64,000 bases of DNA from Verrucomicrobiota bacterium (GTDB lineage Bacteria > Verrucomicrobiota > Verrucomicrobiia > CAIQCK01). Position 1 is the stretch's first letter; each line of letters opens with the position of its first letter. Shown in pieces: positions 20,829-30,356 of the stretch. The stretch covers positions 2,622-66,621 of the forward strand of contig JACRKA010000351.1 in the NCBI GenBank assembly GCA_016219905.1. The letters run 5' to 3'. The position numbers and the translations under genes were made by a program. Under the pieces are notes generated by a model that worked only from the letters and a program-made list of their open reading frames with translations, did not search any database and was not told the DNA's origin.

Positions 20829-21137
20829 TCAGAGTCTCATGCTTGTCAGTTCGTCCACGTTGACCGTCTTGCGCCGTCGGAACAACGCCACGATGATCGC
20901 CAGCCCGACCGCGACCTCGGCCGCGGCGACGGTGATGATGAAGAAAACGAAGACCTGCCCGTGCAGGTTGCCGTTGTAGCGGCTGAACGCCACCAGCGCG
21001 AGGTTGGCCGCGTTCAACATCAGTTCCAGCGACATGAAGATGACCAGCGCGTTGCGCCGGATGATCACGCCCGCCAGGCCGAGCGAGAACAGCACCGCGC
21101 TGACCACGAGATAATGTTGGAGGACGACTGGAATCAT
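20829..21137 (-). CDS. nuoK: NADH-quinone oxidoreductase subunit K.
   Basis: 102 aa, three TM helices ([23 protein letters not shown]...). Start ATG at 21137; the longer ORF-track frame upstream is read-through noise. Confidence 0.9.
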   Translation of the reverse strand: MIPVVLQHYLVVSAVLFSLGLAGVIIRRNALVIFMSLELMLNAANLALVAFSRYNGNLHGQVFVFFIITVAAAEVAVGLAIIVALFRRRKTVNVDELTSMRL

Positions 21138-21619
21138 TTCAGGTCCCGTTTCGACAGCAACACTACGCCGATCATCGCCACCAGCAGCAGCACCGATGTG
21201 ACCTCGAACGGCAGCAGGTAGTGCGTGAACAGCAGCCGGCCCACCGCCTCGGTCGTGCCTACCACGCCTTTGGCCGCCACCAGCGGCATGTCTTCGACCA
21301 CGTCGTGCACCTTCACGAGGAACGCCGCCGCCACGACAATGCCGCCACCGAAACTCAGGATCCTGAACCGCCGCCGCTGTTCCGACTTCAGGTCGAGGAA
21401 CATGATGACGAACAGGAACAGCACCATCACCGCGCCGGCATAGACCAGCACCTGGATGATCGCCAAGAAATAGGCCTCCAGCACGACGAACAGGCCCGCC
21501 ATGAAAAACATGGCGAGCACCAGGAACATCGCGCTGTTGACCGGGTTGCGGCTCAGGATCACCAGCAACCCGCTCAACAGCATCGCTATGCTGAAAAACC
21601 AAAACAGTTGGTCGTGCAT
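21134..21619 (-). CDS. nuoJ: NADH-quinone oxidoreductase subunit J.
   Basis: Start placed at MHDQLFWFF (ATG 21619). The 14 residues upstream in the ORF track are translated from the intergenic repeat. Confidence 0.88.
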   Translation of the reverse strand: MHDQLFWFFSIAMLLSGLLVILSRNPVNSAMFLVLAMFFMAGLFVVLEAYFLAIIQVLVYAGAVMVLFLFVIMFLDLKSEQRRRFRILSFGGGIVVAAAFLVKVHDVVEDMPLVAAKGVVGTTEAVGRLLFTHYLLPFEVTSVLLLVAMIGVVLLSKRDLK

Positions 21620-21626
21620 TTTACAG

Positions 21627-21783
21627 AAAATCCGAAATCCGAAACTCGAAATTCGAAACAAATCCGAAACCCGAATTCACCAAAGACGGAAACCGCGCGT
21701 AGCGCCCTGGTCGGCCGTTTCCAAGATTTTCGTCTTTCCTCATTCGAGTTTGTTTCGGATTTCGAGTTTCGACATTCGGATTT
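21627..21783. repeat. Structured intercistronic palindromic repeat, copy 1 (nuoI-nuoJ gap).
   Basis: About 50-nt arms built from CCGAAAT/TCGAAAC heptads (aaatccgaaatccgaaactcgaaattcgaaac ... gtttcggatttcgagtttcgacattcggattt) around a roughly 60-nt loop. It fills the whole 163-bp gap. Confidence 0.85.
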
Positions 21784-22283
21784 CACTTCTTCTGCCACTT
21801 CTTGATCGGGTCGGGCATCGTGCCGCCCAACTCCAACAGCTTCTCCTTGTTGAACATCATGTCTTTCCGCGAGAGGCCGGTCACCGAATACGGCCCGCGC
21901 AGGAAGATCGCCTGTTCAGGGCAGACCTCCTCGCAGTAACCGCAGAAAATGCAGCGGATCATGTCAATCTCGAACTCGTCCGGCGTCTTCTCGACCTTCT
22001 TATACTTCGCGTTGTCCGGGTAAGCCATCGGCTTGATCCGGATCGCCCGCGGCGGGCACACAAACTCGCAAAGCTGGCACGCGACGCACTTCACGCGGCC
22101 GTCCTCATCCTTCACCAGCACCGGCTGGCCGCGGTAGCCCGGCGGAATCTCCGGCTTCTGCTCCGGATAGCGCAGCGTCACCTTCTTCCGGAACAGATGC
22201 GAGAACGTCAGCATCATGCCGGAGATGATCGCCGGCAGATAGAGCCGTTCCCAGATCGTCAGCGGTTTGCGCTCGATCCTCAT
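21783..22283 (-). CDS. nuoI: NADH-quinone oxidoreductase subunit I (2x[4Fe-4S] ferredoxin).
   Basis: Two CxxCxxCxxxCP motifs (CVACQLCEFVCP; CIFCGYCEEVCP). ATG at 22283 overlaps the nuoH stop (ATGA). Confidence 0.92.
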   Translation of the reverse strand: MRIERKPLTIWERLYLPAIISGMMLTFSHLFRKKVTLRYPEQKPEIPPGYRGQPVLVKDEDGRVKCVACQLCEFVCPPRAIRIKPMAYPDNAKYKKVEKTPDEFEIDMIRCIFCGYCEEVCPEQAIFLRGPYSVTGLSRKDMMFNKEKLLELGGTMPDPIKKWQKK

Positions 22284-23344
22284 GACGGACTCCATCCGGC
22301 CACAATCGCCAGCCCCGCAATCAAAATGCTCACGAGCGCCAACGGCAAAAAAACTTTCCAGCCCAGGCCCATGAGCTGGTCGTAGCGCACGCGCGGCACC
22401 GTCCAGCGCACCCAGATGAACACCAGCGCCAGCGCGCAGACCTTCGCGAGGAAAATGCAGATGTGGGCGATGCCCACCGCGATGCCGCCGCTGACCGGCA
22501 CGAACGGCAAATGCCAGCCGCCGAGGAACAGCACCGCCAACAGGGCCGAAGCGGTGATCATGTTCGCGTATTCGGCGAGGAAGAACATGGCGAACTTCAT
22601 CGAGCTGTATTCGGTGTTGTAGCCGCCCGCCAGTTCCTGCTCGGCCTCCGGCAGGTCGAACGGCGCGCGGTTGGTCTCCGCGAACGACGACGCCACGTAG
22701 ATGATCGCCGGCAGCCAGTTCCACGGATAGCAAATCAGCCAAAGGTGCTCGGTCTGCCAGCGCACAACCTCCGTCAGCCGCAAGCTGCCCACCTGCATGA
22801 ACAGCGGGATCACCGACAGGCCGAGGCAGAGTTCGTAGCTGATGAGCTGCGCGCTGCTGCGCACGCCGCCGAGGAACGGATACTTCGAGTTGCTCGCCCA
22901 GCCGCCGAGCACGATGCCATAGACACCCAGCGACGCGATGGCGAACACGAACAGGATGCCGACGTTGATGTCCGCGACGATCATCGGCACGCCGCAGAGC
23001 GTGCTGCCGAACGGGATCGCCGCCCAGACCATCAGCGCGGGTGCCATCACGAGCATCGGGCCGAGCCAGAAGTAGAACTTGTTCACGTGGCCCGGCACGA
23101 AGTCCTCTTTGAGGATCGCCTTCAGCGCGTCAATGATCGGCTGGCCAAGCGCCCAGCACGCCCCGATCTGGATTGCGCGGCCATCCTTGCGGATCCAGAT
23201 GGGAATGCCGACGCGGTTCGGGCCAAGCCGGTCCTGGATGAACGCACAGATGCGTCGTTCCGCCAGCACGATGTAGGCGCAGATGAACAGCAGCACGCCG
23301 ACCACGCCGACGATCTTGATCAGATGTATGAGAATCGGGTCCAT
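22280..23344 (-). CDS. nuoH: NADH-quinone oxidoreductase subunit H.
   Basis: 8-TM NuoH/ND1 family; conserved DRLGPNRVG...LGQPIIDALK region. Confidence 0.93.
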   Translation of the reverse strand: MDPILIHLIKIVGVVGVLLFICAYIVLAERRICAFIQDRLGPNRVGIPIWIRKDGRAIQIGACWALGQPIIDALKAILKEDFVPGHVNKFYFWLGPMLVMAPALMVWAAIPFGSTLCGVPMIVADINVGILFVFAIASLGVYGIVLGGWASNSKYPFLGGVRSSAQLISYELCLGLSVIPLFMQVGSLRLTEVVRWQTEHLWLICYPWNWLPAIIYVASSFAETNRAPFDLPEAEQELAGGYNTEYSSMKFAMFFLAEYANMITASALLAVLFLGGWHLPFVPVSGGIAVGIAHICIFLAKVCALALVFIWVRWTVPRVRYDQLMGLGWKVFLPLALVSILIAGLAIVAGWSPS

Positions 23345-23353
23345 GGGTTAAAA

Positions 23354-23507
23354 GCCCGAAATCCGAAACTCGAAATCCGAAATAAATCCGAAATCCGAAG
23401 GCGGCAACGGCCAGACCGGCACCAACCGCTCTGGCGTGGACGTTTCGAGATTCGTTGTCTTCGTCATTCGAGTTTGTTTCGACTTTCGAGTTTCGACTTT
23501 CGGATTT
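23354..23507. repeat. Structured intercistronic palindromic repeat, copy 2 (nuoG-nuoH gap).
   Basis: Same architecture and heptad composition as copy 1 (cccgaaatccgaaactcgaaatccgaaataaatccgaaatccgaa ... cattcgagtttgtttcgactttcgagtttcgactttcggattt). It fills the 161-bp gap. Confidence 0.85.
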
Positions 23508-25149
23508 ACCCCAACTGCACGCCGCCGTCGCCGATCTTCTCCAGCGACAGGCCGGCAAACGGCTTCACGTTGGCCGCCATGTCCGCGAACAACGCCACGA
23601 TGTCCGCAAACCGGTCTGGTTGACCGGTCTCGCGCAACAGGTCGCGAAAGATTTCCCAATCGCTGCGCTCTTCGCCGCCGAGCGACACGGCCGGCCAGAC
23701 ACGCTGGACGCGCCCCTTGGCATTGGTGAACGTGCCGCGTTTCTCGGCGTAAGTCACGCCCGGCAGCACGAAATGCGCGGCCTTCGTCGTCTCCGTCGGC
23801 CTGAAATCCACGACCAGCAGCAGCGACAGCTTCGCCAACAGATCGGCGCCGATGCCGCGCCGGGTCACATCCTCCTGATGGACGACGAGCGTCTTGATCT
23901 TGCCAGCCTTGATGCCGTCGGCGATCGCCGCGAACTTCGACCCCATCGGCGCGGCTGCCACGTTGAAAATCTTCGCGCCGGCGCTGTTCGGGTTGCGGTC
24001 GGCGTTGACGAGGAAGCTGTCACCGTCCCACGTCCGCGGCACGCAATCGCTGACGCTGCCTTTCGCCAGCATCGAGAACAGGTAAAGCTCCTCGTTGGTC
24101 GCCCGCGCGCTGCCGACGAACGCCACGCTCGTGCGGTCGGCCAGCGCGGCCTTCAGCTTCGGCGCGAGTTGCTTCAGCGCATCGGCGTAGCTCGTCTCCT
24201 TGCCGCTGACGAACGCCTTCTTCAGCCGGCTCGCTGCGTTGATGTGTTTGTAGTTGTGACGGCCTGCGTCGCACATCCAGCATTCGTTGACGGCGTCGTT
24301 TTCGCGCGGCGTCTGGCGATAGACGACGTTCTCGCGCGACCAGATGACGATGTTGCAGCCCGTGGCGCAGCTCGTGCAGATGCTCTTGGTCTCCTTCAGG
24401 AACCAGACGCGCATCTTGAACCGGAAATCCTTGTCGGTGAGCGCGCCGACCGGGCAGAGGTCCACGGTGTTGAGGGAGTAATTGCCGGCGAGCTTCTTGC
24501 CAGGCCAGCAGGTCAACGTCGTGTGGCTGCCCCGGTTGGTGAAGCCGAGACAGTCGTCCTTTGCCACATCGCGCATGAACCGGATGCAGCGGCTGCACAG
24601 GATGCACCGCTCGTCGTCGAGCATCACGCGCAGGCCGAGGTCCACCTGTTTCGGCTTGTGAACCTTCTCCTCGCGGAACCGGGACGCGTCCTTGCCGAAC
24701 TCGACGGAATATTCCTGCAGCTTGCACTCGCCAGCCTGGTCGCAGATCGGGCAGTCGAGCGGATGGTTGATGAGGAAGAACTCCATCACCGAGTTCTGCG
24801 CCTGTTGCACAGCGGGCGAGTTGGTGACGACGACCATGCCCTCGGTGACCTGCGTGTTGCAGCCGATGGACAGGCGAGGCGCCATCGTGACCTTCGTCGT
24901 GCCGTCGGGGTTGAGGACAGGCTTGCCGTCGGGGCCGCGCATCGGGCCGCCCACCTCGACGAGGCACATGCGGCAGTTGCCGGAGATGGCGAGCTTCTTG
25001 TGATAGCAATAGTGCGGCACGAACACCCCGACCCTCTGGCCCGCTTCGATGAGGTTGGTGCCCTTCGGCACCTGCACCTTGATGCCGTTGATGGTCGCGT
25101 TGACCATCTCGGCGGCTGGCGTTGGAGTTGTCGGGTTGTCCGCCATCAT
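23506..25149 (-). CDS. nuoG: NADH-quinone oxidoreductase subunit G (75 kDa Fe-S subunit, short form).
   Basis: N-terminal 2Fe-2S and His-ligated 4Fe-4S motifs (CYHKKLAISGNCRMC; HPLDCPICDQAGEC). 547 aa. Confidence 0.92.
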   Translation of the reverse strand: MMADNPTTPTPAAEMVNATINGIKVQVPKGTNLIEAGQRVGVFVPHYCYHKKLAISGNCRMCLVEVGGPMRGPDGKPVLNPDGTTKVTMAPRLSIGCNTQVTEGMVVVTNSPAVQQAQNSVMEFFLINHPLDCPICDQAGECKLQEYSVEFGKDASRFREEKVHKPKQVDLGLRVMLDDERCILCSRCIRFMRDVAKDDCLGFTNRGSHTTLTCWPGKKLAGNYSLNTVDLCPVGALTDKDFRFKMRVWFLKETKSICTSCATGCNIVIWSRENVVYRQTPRENDAVNECWMCDAGRHNYKHINAASRLKKAFVSGKETSYADALKQLAPKLKAALADRTSVAFVGSARATNEELYLFSMLAKGSVSDCVPRTWDGDSFLVNADRNPNSAGAKIFNVAAAPMGSKFAAIADGIKAGKIKTLVVHQEDVTRRGIGADLLAKLSLLLVVDFRPTETTKAAHFVLPGVTYAEKRGTFTNAKGRVQRVWPAVSLGGEERSDWEIFRDLLRETGQPDRFADIVALFADMAANVKPFAGLSLEKIGDGGVQLG

Positions 25150-26453
25150 TTCTCCAGTTTCACGAAGTCATCCCGGAACTTCTCGACGAAGCTCTGGACC
25201 GGCCAGGCGCACGCTTCGCCGAACGGGCAGATGGTGCGGCCAGGGATGTTGTCGGCGATGCCCTTGAGGTAATCGGTGTCGCCCTTCTGGCCGTGGCCAT
25301 GGGTCATGCGATGGAGGGCCTTGGCCATCCAAAGCGAGCCTTCGCGGCAGGGCGTGCACTGGCCGCAACTCTCGTGCGCATAAAACTCGGCGATGTTGGC
25401 GATGGCCTTTGGCATGTCGGTCGTCTCGTCCAGGACGATGACGCCGCCGGAGCCGGCCATTGTGCCGACCAGCGGCAGCGAATCGAAATCCACCGGCACG
25501 TCCTGCCAGCCCCAGTCATACGCCGTGCCGTCGCGCTTCTTGCCCTTGAACCGCTCGTCGCAACGAATGATCTTCGCGCTGCTGCCGCCGGGGATGATGG
25601 CCTTGACCTTGCGCCCGCCGGGGACGCCGCCGCAGAGGCCGTTGATCAACTCGCCATAGGTGATCTTGCCCAGTTCAACCTCATAGCAGCCGGGCTTGTT
25701 GACGTGGCCGCTGACGCCGACCATGCGCGTGCCGGTGTTGCCAGGCGTGCCGATGTGGGCGAACTCCGCCCCGCCCATCTGGATGATCACCGGGATGTTG
25801 GCGAGCGTCTCGACGTTGTTGACGATGGTCGGGCACATCCAGAGGCCGAGCACGGCGGGGAAATACGGCGGCTTGAACCGCGGATAGCCGCGCTTGCCTT
25901 CGAGCGACTCGATGAGTCCGGTCTCCTCGCCGCAGATGTAGGCGCCCGCGCCGCGGTGGACGAAGATTTCCAGCGAGTAGGCCGAGCCAAGGATGTTCCT
26001 GCCGACGAAGTTTTTCGCGCGCGCCTCTTCGATGGCCGCGAGCAAAATCTTGTAGCCTTGGGCGAACTCGCCGCGGACGTAGATGTAGGCGGTGCGCACG
26101 TCGTTGGCGTAGCTGGCGCAGACGATGCCCTCGATGAGCGCGTGCGGGTCGCGGTGGATGATCTGCCGGTCCTTGAACGTGCCCGGCTCGGCCTCGTCGG
26201 CGTTGCAGATGAGGTAGATCGGCTTGCTGCTCTTGCGGTCCACGAGCGACCACTTCAGGCCGGTGCCGAACCCCGCGCCGCCACGACCGCGCAAACCGGA
26301 GCGCGTGACCTCGGCGCGGATGTCCTCCGGCTTCATCGCGAGCGCTTTTTTCAGCGCCGCATAGCCGCCGGCGGCCAGGTAGTCCTCGATGCGGACCGAG
26401 TAACCCGGCTGGGTCATTCGCGCGGTCAGGATTTTTCGTTCAGCGGCGGCCAT
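25146..26453 (-). CDS. nuoF: NADH-quinone oxidoreductase subunit F (51 kDa; FMN, NADH and 4Fe-4S binding).
   Basis: GxGxxG-type FMN/NADH region (GRGGAGFGTGLKW); C-terminal Cys cluster ESCGQCTPCREG. Confidence 0.93.
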   Translation of the reverse strand: MAAAERKILTARMTQPGYSVRIEDYLAAGGYAALKKALAMKPEDIRAEVTRSGLRGRGGAGFGTGLKWSLVDRKSSKPIYLICNADEAEPGTFKDRQIIHRDPHALIEGIVCASYANDVRTAYIYVRGEFAQGYKILLAAIEEARAKNFVGRNILGSAYSLEIFVHRGAGAYICGEETGLIESLEGKRGYPRFKPPYFPAVLGLWMCPTIVNNVETLANIPVIIQMGGAEFAHIGTPGNTGTRMVGVSGHVNKPGCYEVELGKITYGELINGLCGGVPGGRKVKAIIPGGSSAKIIRCDERFKGKKRDGTAYDWGWQDVPVDFDSLPLVGTMAGSGGVIVLDETTDMPKAIANIAEFYAHESCGQCTPCREGSLWMAKALHRMTHGHGQKGDTDYLKGIADNIPGRTICPFGEACAWPVQSFVEKFRDDFVKLEK

Positions 26454-26473
26454 GGTTGGTTGCGGTTGCTAAA

Positions 26474-27652
26474 TCAGTGCTTGTGCTCGTGATCAGGTTC
26501 ATGCTGCGGCACGCCGTCCGCAGGGATTGAAGCAAGCGGCAACGATGATGAATGCTCGATCAGCGAAATCACGAACCGGTCCGCCTCGGTCGGGGACGGG
26601 TTTTCCGCCGGGTCGGGCACTGACAGGAGTTTGCCCTCGACTTCGCGCCAGGCCCAGTTGATGAACTCGCCGGCGGCGCAAGTGATCCGGATGATGTAAC
26701 GGGCGCCGGCGATCTCGGCCACGACGTTCCAGACGTTGGCGAGCGTGCCGTAAGCTTCGAGAGCTGCCTTGTGCCCGTCCTCCAACAGGAGACAAACGAG
26801 ATTGCTCGCGTCGCCAAGTGCGTATGTGTCGTCGGCCTTGCCGGCGAGTTCCGCGGGCAACACCGCATCGCGCCCCATCTCTTTAAGGCAACGCTGCCGC
26901 GCGTAAGCCGCCGGCATCTTCAGCCGCTCGATCGCCATGCAAGCCTCGAACACCAGCACCGCCTCCTCAAAATCATCTACACGCCACATCGAGACGCCGA
27001 GGTTGTAGGCCTCGATGGGCGGCAGTTCCAACTCTCTGGGCAGTTGCCCCACGGCGACCCTCGCTTCAGCGGACGGCTTCTGCTGAACCGCAGGCGCTGG
27101 CGCAGCGCGTTTGCGGGCCGGGTGCTGGCGCGTGTCGGGCTTCTGGAGCGTCGCCTTTTGCACGGGAGTCTTCGGCGGAGGCGCAACTATTGCCAGAATC
27201 TCGTCGAGCTTCGCTGGCGTGACGTTTTCGTAGTGGTCGTCGTTGATGGTGACGCACGGCCCTTTGTCGCACGCCGCGAGGCACTCGACCCAGGCGAGGC
27301 TGAACCGCCTGTCCCTGGTGACCTCGTCCATGCCGATGCCGAGTTTCTGTTTCAACGCTTGGGCGAGCTTGTGGCTGCCAGCCAGTTCGCACGACAACGT
27401 GCGGCAGATCTTGATGTGATACTTGCCGACGCGTTTGCGCCGGAACATCGGGTAGAACGTCACGCACTCGGCGACGTGGATCGGCTGGCACTCCAGCTTC
27501 TTCGCCGTCCACTCGATCATCGGGTCGGAGATAAATCCGTAATGCTCCTGCATGGCGTGCAGCGCCATCAACATCGCGCTGCGCTTCTTGTCGGGCGGAT
27601 AGTGCGCCAGCAGCGCGTCCACGGCGGCGTTGAGTTCTGGAGGCGGTTGCAT
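26474..27652 (-). CDS. nuoE: NADH-quinone oxidoreductase subunit E (24 kDa 2Fe-2S) carrying a C-terminal extension of about 230 aa of unknown function.
   Basis: Start ATG at 27652, immediately after the nuoD stop. Thioredoxin-like NuoE core with Cys ligands (CRTLSC...CLAACDKGPC). It is followed by a roughly 230-aa non-NuoE region ending in a His-rich tail (HEPDHEHKH). Confidence 0.85.
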   Translation of the reverse strand: MQPPPELNAAVDALLAHYPPDKKRSAMLMALHAMQEHYGFISDPMIEWTAKKLECQPIHVAECVTFYPMFRRKRVGKYHIKICRTLSCELAGSHKLAQALKQKLGIGMDEVTRDRRFSLAWVECLAACDKGPCVTINDDHYENVTPAKLDEILAIVAPPPKTPVQKATLQKPDTRQHPARKRAAPAPAVQQKPSAEARVAVGQLPRELELPPIEAYNLGVSMWRVDDFEEAVLVFEACMAIERLKMPAAYARQRCLKEMGRDAVLPAELAGKADDTYALGDASNLVCLLLEDGHKAALEAYGTLANVWNVVAEIAGARYIIRITCAAGEFINWAWREVEGKLLSVPDPAENPSPTEADRFVISLIEHSSSLPLASIPADGVPQHEPDHEHKH

Positions 27653-27654
27653 GG

Positions 27655-28962
27655 TCAGCGGTCGCACTCCCCCATCACAAAGTCGAATGAACCAAGGATC
27701 GCCACCACATCGGCGATGAGATGGCCTTTGAGCAGGTGCGGCAACACGCTCAGGTTGCAAAAGCTCGGCCCGCGGATCTTCAACCGCCACGGCACGCCTC
27801 CGCCGCGGCTGACCACGTAGAAGCCCAGCTCGCCCTTCGCGTTCTCGGCGCTGAAGAACGCCTCGCCCGGCGGCACGTTCGGCCCCTCGGTGACCACCAT
27901 GAACTGGTGGATGAGTTCCTCCATCCGCGTCAGCACCTTTTCCTTCGGCGGCAGGATGGTCTTGAAATCCGGCGCGTTGACCGGCCCGCCGGGCAACTTG
28001 TCGCACGCCTGCTTGAGGATGCGCACCGATTGGCGCATCTCCTCCATGCGGACCAAGTAGCGGTCGTAGCAGTCGCCCATCGTGCCGACGGGCACGTCGA
28101 ACTCGAAGTCTTGGTAGCAGAGATACGGATGCGCTTTGCGGAGATCGTATTCGACGCCGCTGGCGCGCAGGTTCGGCCCCGTGACGCCATAGTCAATCGC
28201 CACCTCCGGCGCGAGCACGCCGACGTCGCGGTTGCGGTCCATAAAAATGCGGTTGCCCGTCAACAACCGGTCCACCTCGCCAAGCGTCTTCGGGAACGTG
28301 TCGAGGAAGTGGCGCAGCTCGGCGATCCAGCCTTCCGGAATGTCGCGCGCCACGCCGCCGATGCGCGTGTAGCTGTTGGTGAGGCGGGCGCCGGTCATTT
28401 TCTCCAGCAGCGTGTAGAGCCGTTCACGCTCGGTGAACGTCCAGAGGAATATCGTCAGCGCGCCCAGATCGAGTCCCATCGCGCCGATGCCCATCAGGTG
28501 GGACGCGATACGTGCGATCTCGCAGCAGATGGCGCGGATATACTGGCAGCGCGGCGGCACTACCAAACCCATGAGCTTCTCGACCGCGAGGACAAAGGCA
28601 ACGTTGTTGGCCGGCGATGCGAGGTAGTCGAGCCGGTCGGTGTAGGGCACGAACTGGTTGTAGGTGAAATTCTCGGCGATCTTCTCCTCGCCACGATGCA
28701 GGTAGCCGATCTCCGGCCGCGCGGCGGTGACGATCTCGCCGTCCAGCTCGAGCACCAACCGCAACACGCCGTGCGTGGACGGGTGCGACGGCCCCATGTT
28801 CAGGACCATCTTCTCGCACGGCAGTTCCGGCTCCGGCACGGGTGGCTGGGCCGCCGCAACCTGCGGGGCCGCGACACGCGCTGCCACGGCGCGCGCCACC
28901 GCCGCCCGCGTTGCGGGCGTCTTGACCTTCACTTGAGCGACTTTGGGTTGCGGTGTTGACAC
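27655..28962 (-). CDS. nuoD: NADH-quinone oxidoreductase subunit D (49 kDa), with an Ala/Val-rich N-terminal extension.
   Basis: Conserved MVLNMGPSHPSTHGVLRL core from about residue 52. The low-complexity N-terminus (AAVARAVAARVAAPQVAAAQPP) may or may not be translated. Confidence 0.9.
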   Translation of the reverse strand: MSTPQPKVAQVKVKTPATRAAVARAVAARVAAPQVAAAQPPVPEPELPCEKMVLNMGPSHPSTHGVLRLVLELDGEIVTAARPEIGYLHRGEEKIAENFTYNQFVPYTDRLDYLASPANNVAFVLAVEKLMGLVVPPRCQYIRAICCEIARIASHLMGIGAMGLDLGALTIFLWTFTERERLYTLLEKMTGARLTNSYTRIGGVARDIPEGWIAELRHFLDTFPKTLGEVDRLLTGNRIFMDRNRDVGVLAPEVAIDYGVTGPNLRASGVEYDLRKAHPYLCYQDFEFDVPVGTMGDCYDRYLVRMEEMRQSVRILKQACDKLPGGPVNAPDFKTILPPKEKVLTRMEELIHQFMVVTEGPNVPPGEAFFSAENAKGELGFYVVSRGGGVPWRLKIRGPSFCNLSVLPHLLKGHLIADVVAILGSFDFVMGECDR

Positions 28963-28988
28963 GGAATTGAAAACGAAAGCTCGTTTCG

Positions 28989-29621
28989 CTACGGCCCGCC
29001 CGTCTTGTCGCGCACGTCGTCGGGCAGCGCGTTGGTCCGTATGCGCGGCTCGCGTCCCGCGGCATGTTCGGCCGGCGTCGTCACAAACGGCCCGCCGTCC
29101 AGCGGCGCGGCCTGCGTGAACGCCACGCCCGGCACGTCGCTCGGCTTGCCTTCAAGCGGGAAATCCTTTCGCAGCGGATGGAACGGGTAACCCTCCCACA
29201 TCAGGATGCGGCGCAGGTCGGGATGGCCGGTGAAACGGATGCCGACCATGTCGTAAGCCTCGCGCTCGTGCCAGTCGGCCGTCCGCCAGACGCTGCTGAC
29301 GCTCGGCACGGTCGGGTCGCTCTCCGGCACGCCGACCTTAAGCCGCAGCAGGCCGCCGTTCTTCATCGAGTAGAGCAGGTAATCCACCTCGAACCGCGGC
29401 GCGGCGTCGTAGTTGTCCACGCCGCAGATGTCCACGAGATAATCGAATGCGCAGCCAGCATCCCCTTTGAGGAATGAGCAGATGACGGCGATGTTCTCGC
29501 GCGGCACGGTGATGGTGACCTCGTCGCGCCCGGTGACCTTGTCCGCAAACACAACGGGCGCGCCGATCTTCTCGCCGAATCGGTCGCGAACAGCCTTGGC
29601 AGCGTCGAGTGCGGTGGGCAT
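28989..29621 (-). CDS. nuoC: NADH-quinone oxidoreductase subunit C (30 kDa).
   Basis: NuoC family core (WHEREAYDMVGIRFTGHPDLRRIL). Confidence 0.92.
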   Translation of the reverse strand: MPTALDAAKAVRDRFGEKIGAPVVFADKVTGRDEVTITVPRENIAVICSFLKGDAGCAFDYLVDICGVDNYDAAPRFEVDYLLYSMKNGGLLRLKVGVPESDPTVPSVSSVWRTADWHEREAYDMVGIRFTGHPDLRRILMWEGYPFHPLRKDFPLEGKPSDVPGVAFTQAAPLDGGPFVTTPAEHAAGREPRIRTNALPDDVRDKTGGP

Positions 29622-29627
29622 GGGAGT

Positions 29628-30194
29628 TCAGGAGGCTTTCGGCAAATCCGCGGGCGCGCGTTTGAGGTTCTTGAGGCCCGGCTCGCGCTGGATCTTCTCC
29701 TGCAACTTGATCAACGCATCGAGCAGCGCTTCGGGCCGCGGCGGGCAGCCGCCGACATAGACGTCCACGGGCAGAAGCCGGTCAATGCCTTGGAGCACGG
29801 CGTAGCTGCGATACATGCCGCCGGTGGACGCGCACGCGCCCATCGCGATGCACCATTTCGGGTCGGGCATCTGGTCCCAGATGCGTTTGACCGCGAGCGC
29901 CATCTTGTAGGTGACCGTGCCGGAGACGATCATCACGTCGGACTGACGCGGCGAGAACCGCATCACCTCCGCGCCGAACCGCGCAATGTCGAAACGCGAG
30001 GCGCCCGTGGCCATCAACTCGATCGCGCAGCAGGCGAGGCCCATCGGCATCGGCCAGAGGGAGTTTTTGCGGATCCAGTCAATCGCGGCATCCAGCCGCG
30101 TGATGATGGCGTCGCTCTCAAGCTGCCCGGTGTAACCAATCGTTGTGGTTGTCTGCGTCATGCACCCCTGCGTTCGGTCTTGCTGCACCTTCAC
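29628..30194 (-). CDS. nuoB: NADH-quinone oxidoreductase subunit B (20 kDa, N2 cluster).
   Basis: Conserved [16 protein letters not shown] and GGCPP cysteine motifs. No nuoA is present upstream. Confidence 0.93.
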   Translation of the reverse strand: MKVQQDRTQGCMTQTTTTIGYTGQLESDAIITRLDAAIDWIRKNSLWPMPMGLACCAIELMATGASRFDIARFGAEVMRFSPRQSDVMIVSGTVTYKMALAVKRIWDQMPDPKWCIAMGACASTGGMYRSYAVLQGIDRLLPVDVYVGGCPPRPEALLDALIKLQEKIQREPGLKNLKRAPADLPKAS

Positions 30195-30356
30195 GACGGC
30201 AAACAGCGTGCGAAAAATGCGCCGCCAACGCTAGAAACAATGCCCCAGCATTGCAAGTGAAAGTTGTGATTTCTTTCACAAGCCGGGCGCAAGGATCGGC
30301 GTGCCCCGCGGGCGACTGGCGAGGGCCGGCACGCAGCAGAACGGGCGCGGGACCGG

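Noticed and set aside
21586-23659. Small ORFs reading through the nuo intercistronic repeats (peptides such as FGFRISDFEFRISGF and NSKSETNSNEERRK).
   Set aside because: Their sequence is dictated entirely by the heptad repeat and occurs on both strands. There is no start context, and they are better explained as structured non-coding repeats.
28809-28962. Treating the NuoD Ala/Val-rich N-terminal 50 aa as a separate feature or wrong start.
   Set aside because: I cannot distinguish this from the sequence alone. The 26-nt gap to nuoC fits the longer start, but an internal start at MVLNMGPSHP (about 28809) is equally plausible. Left as a note in the nuoD call.
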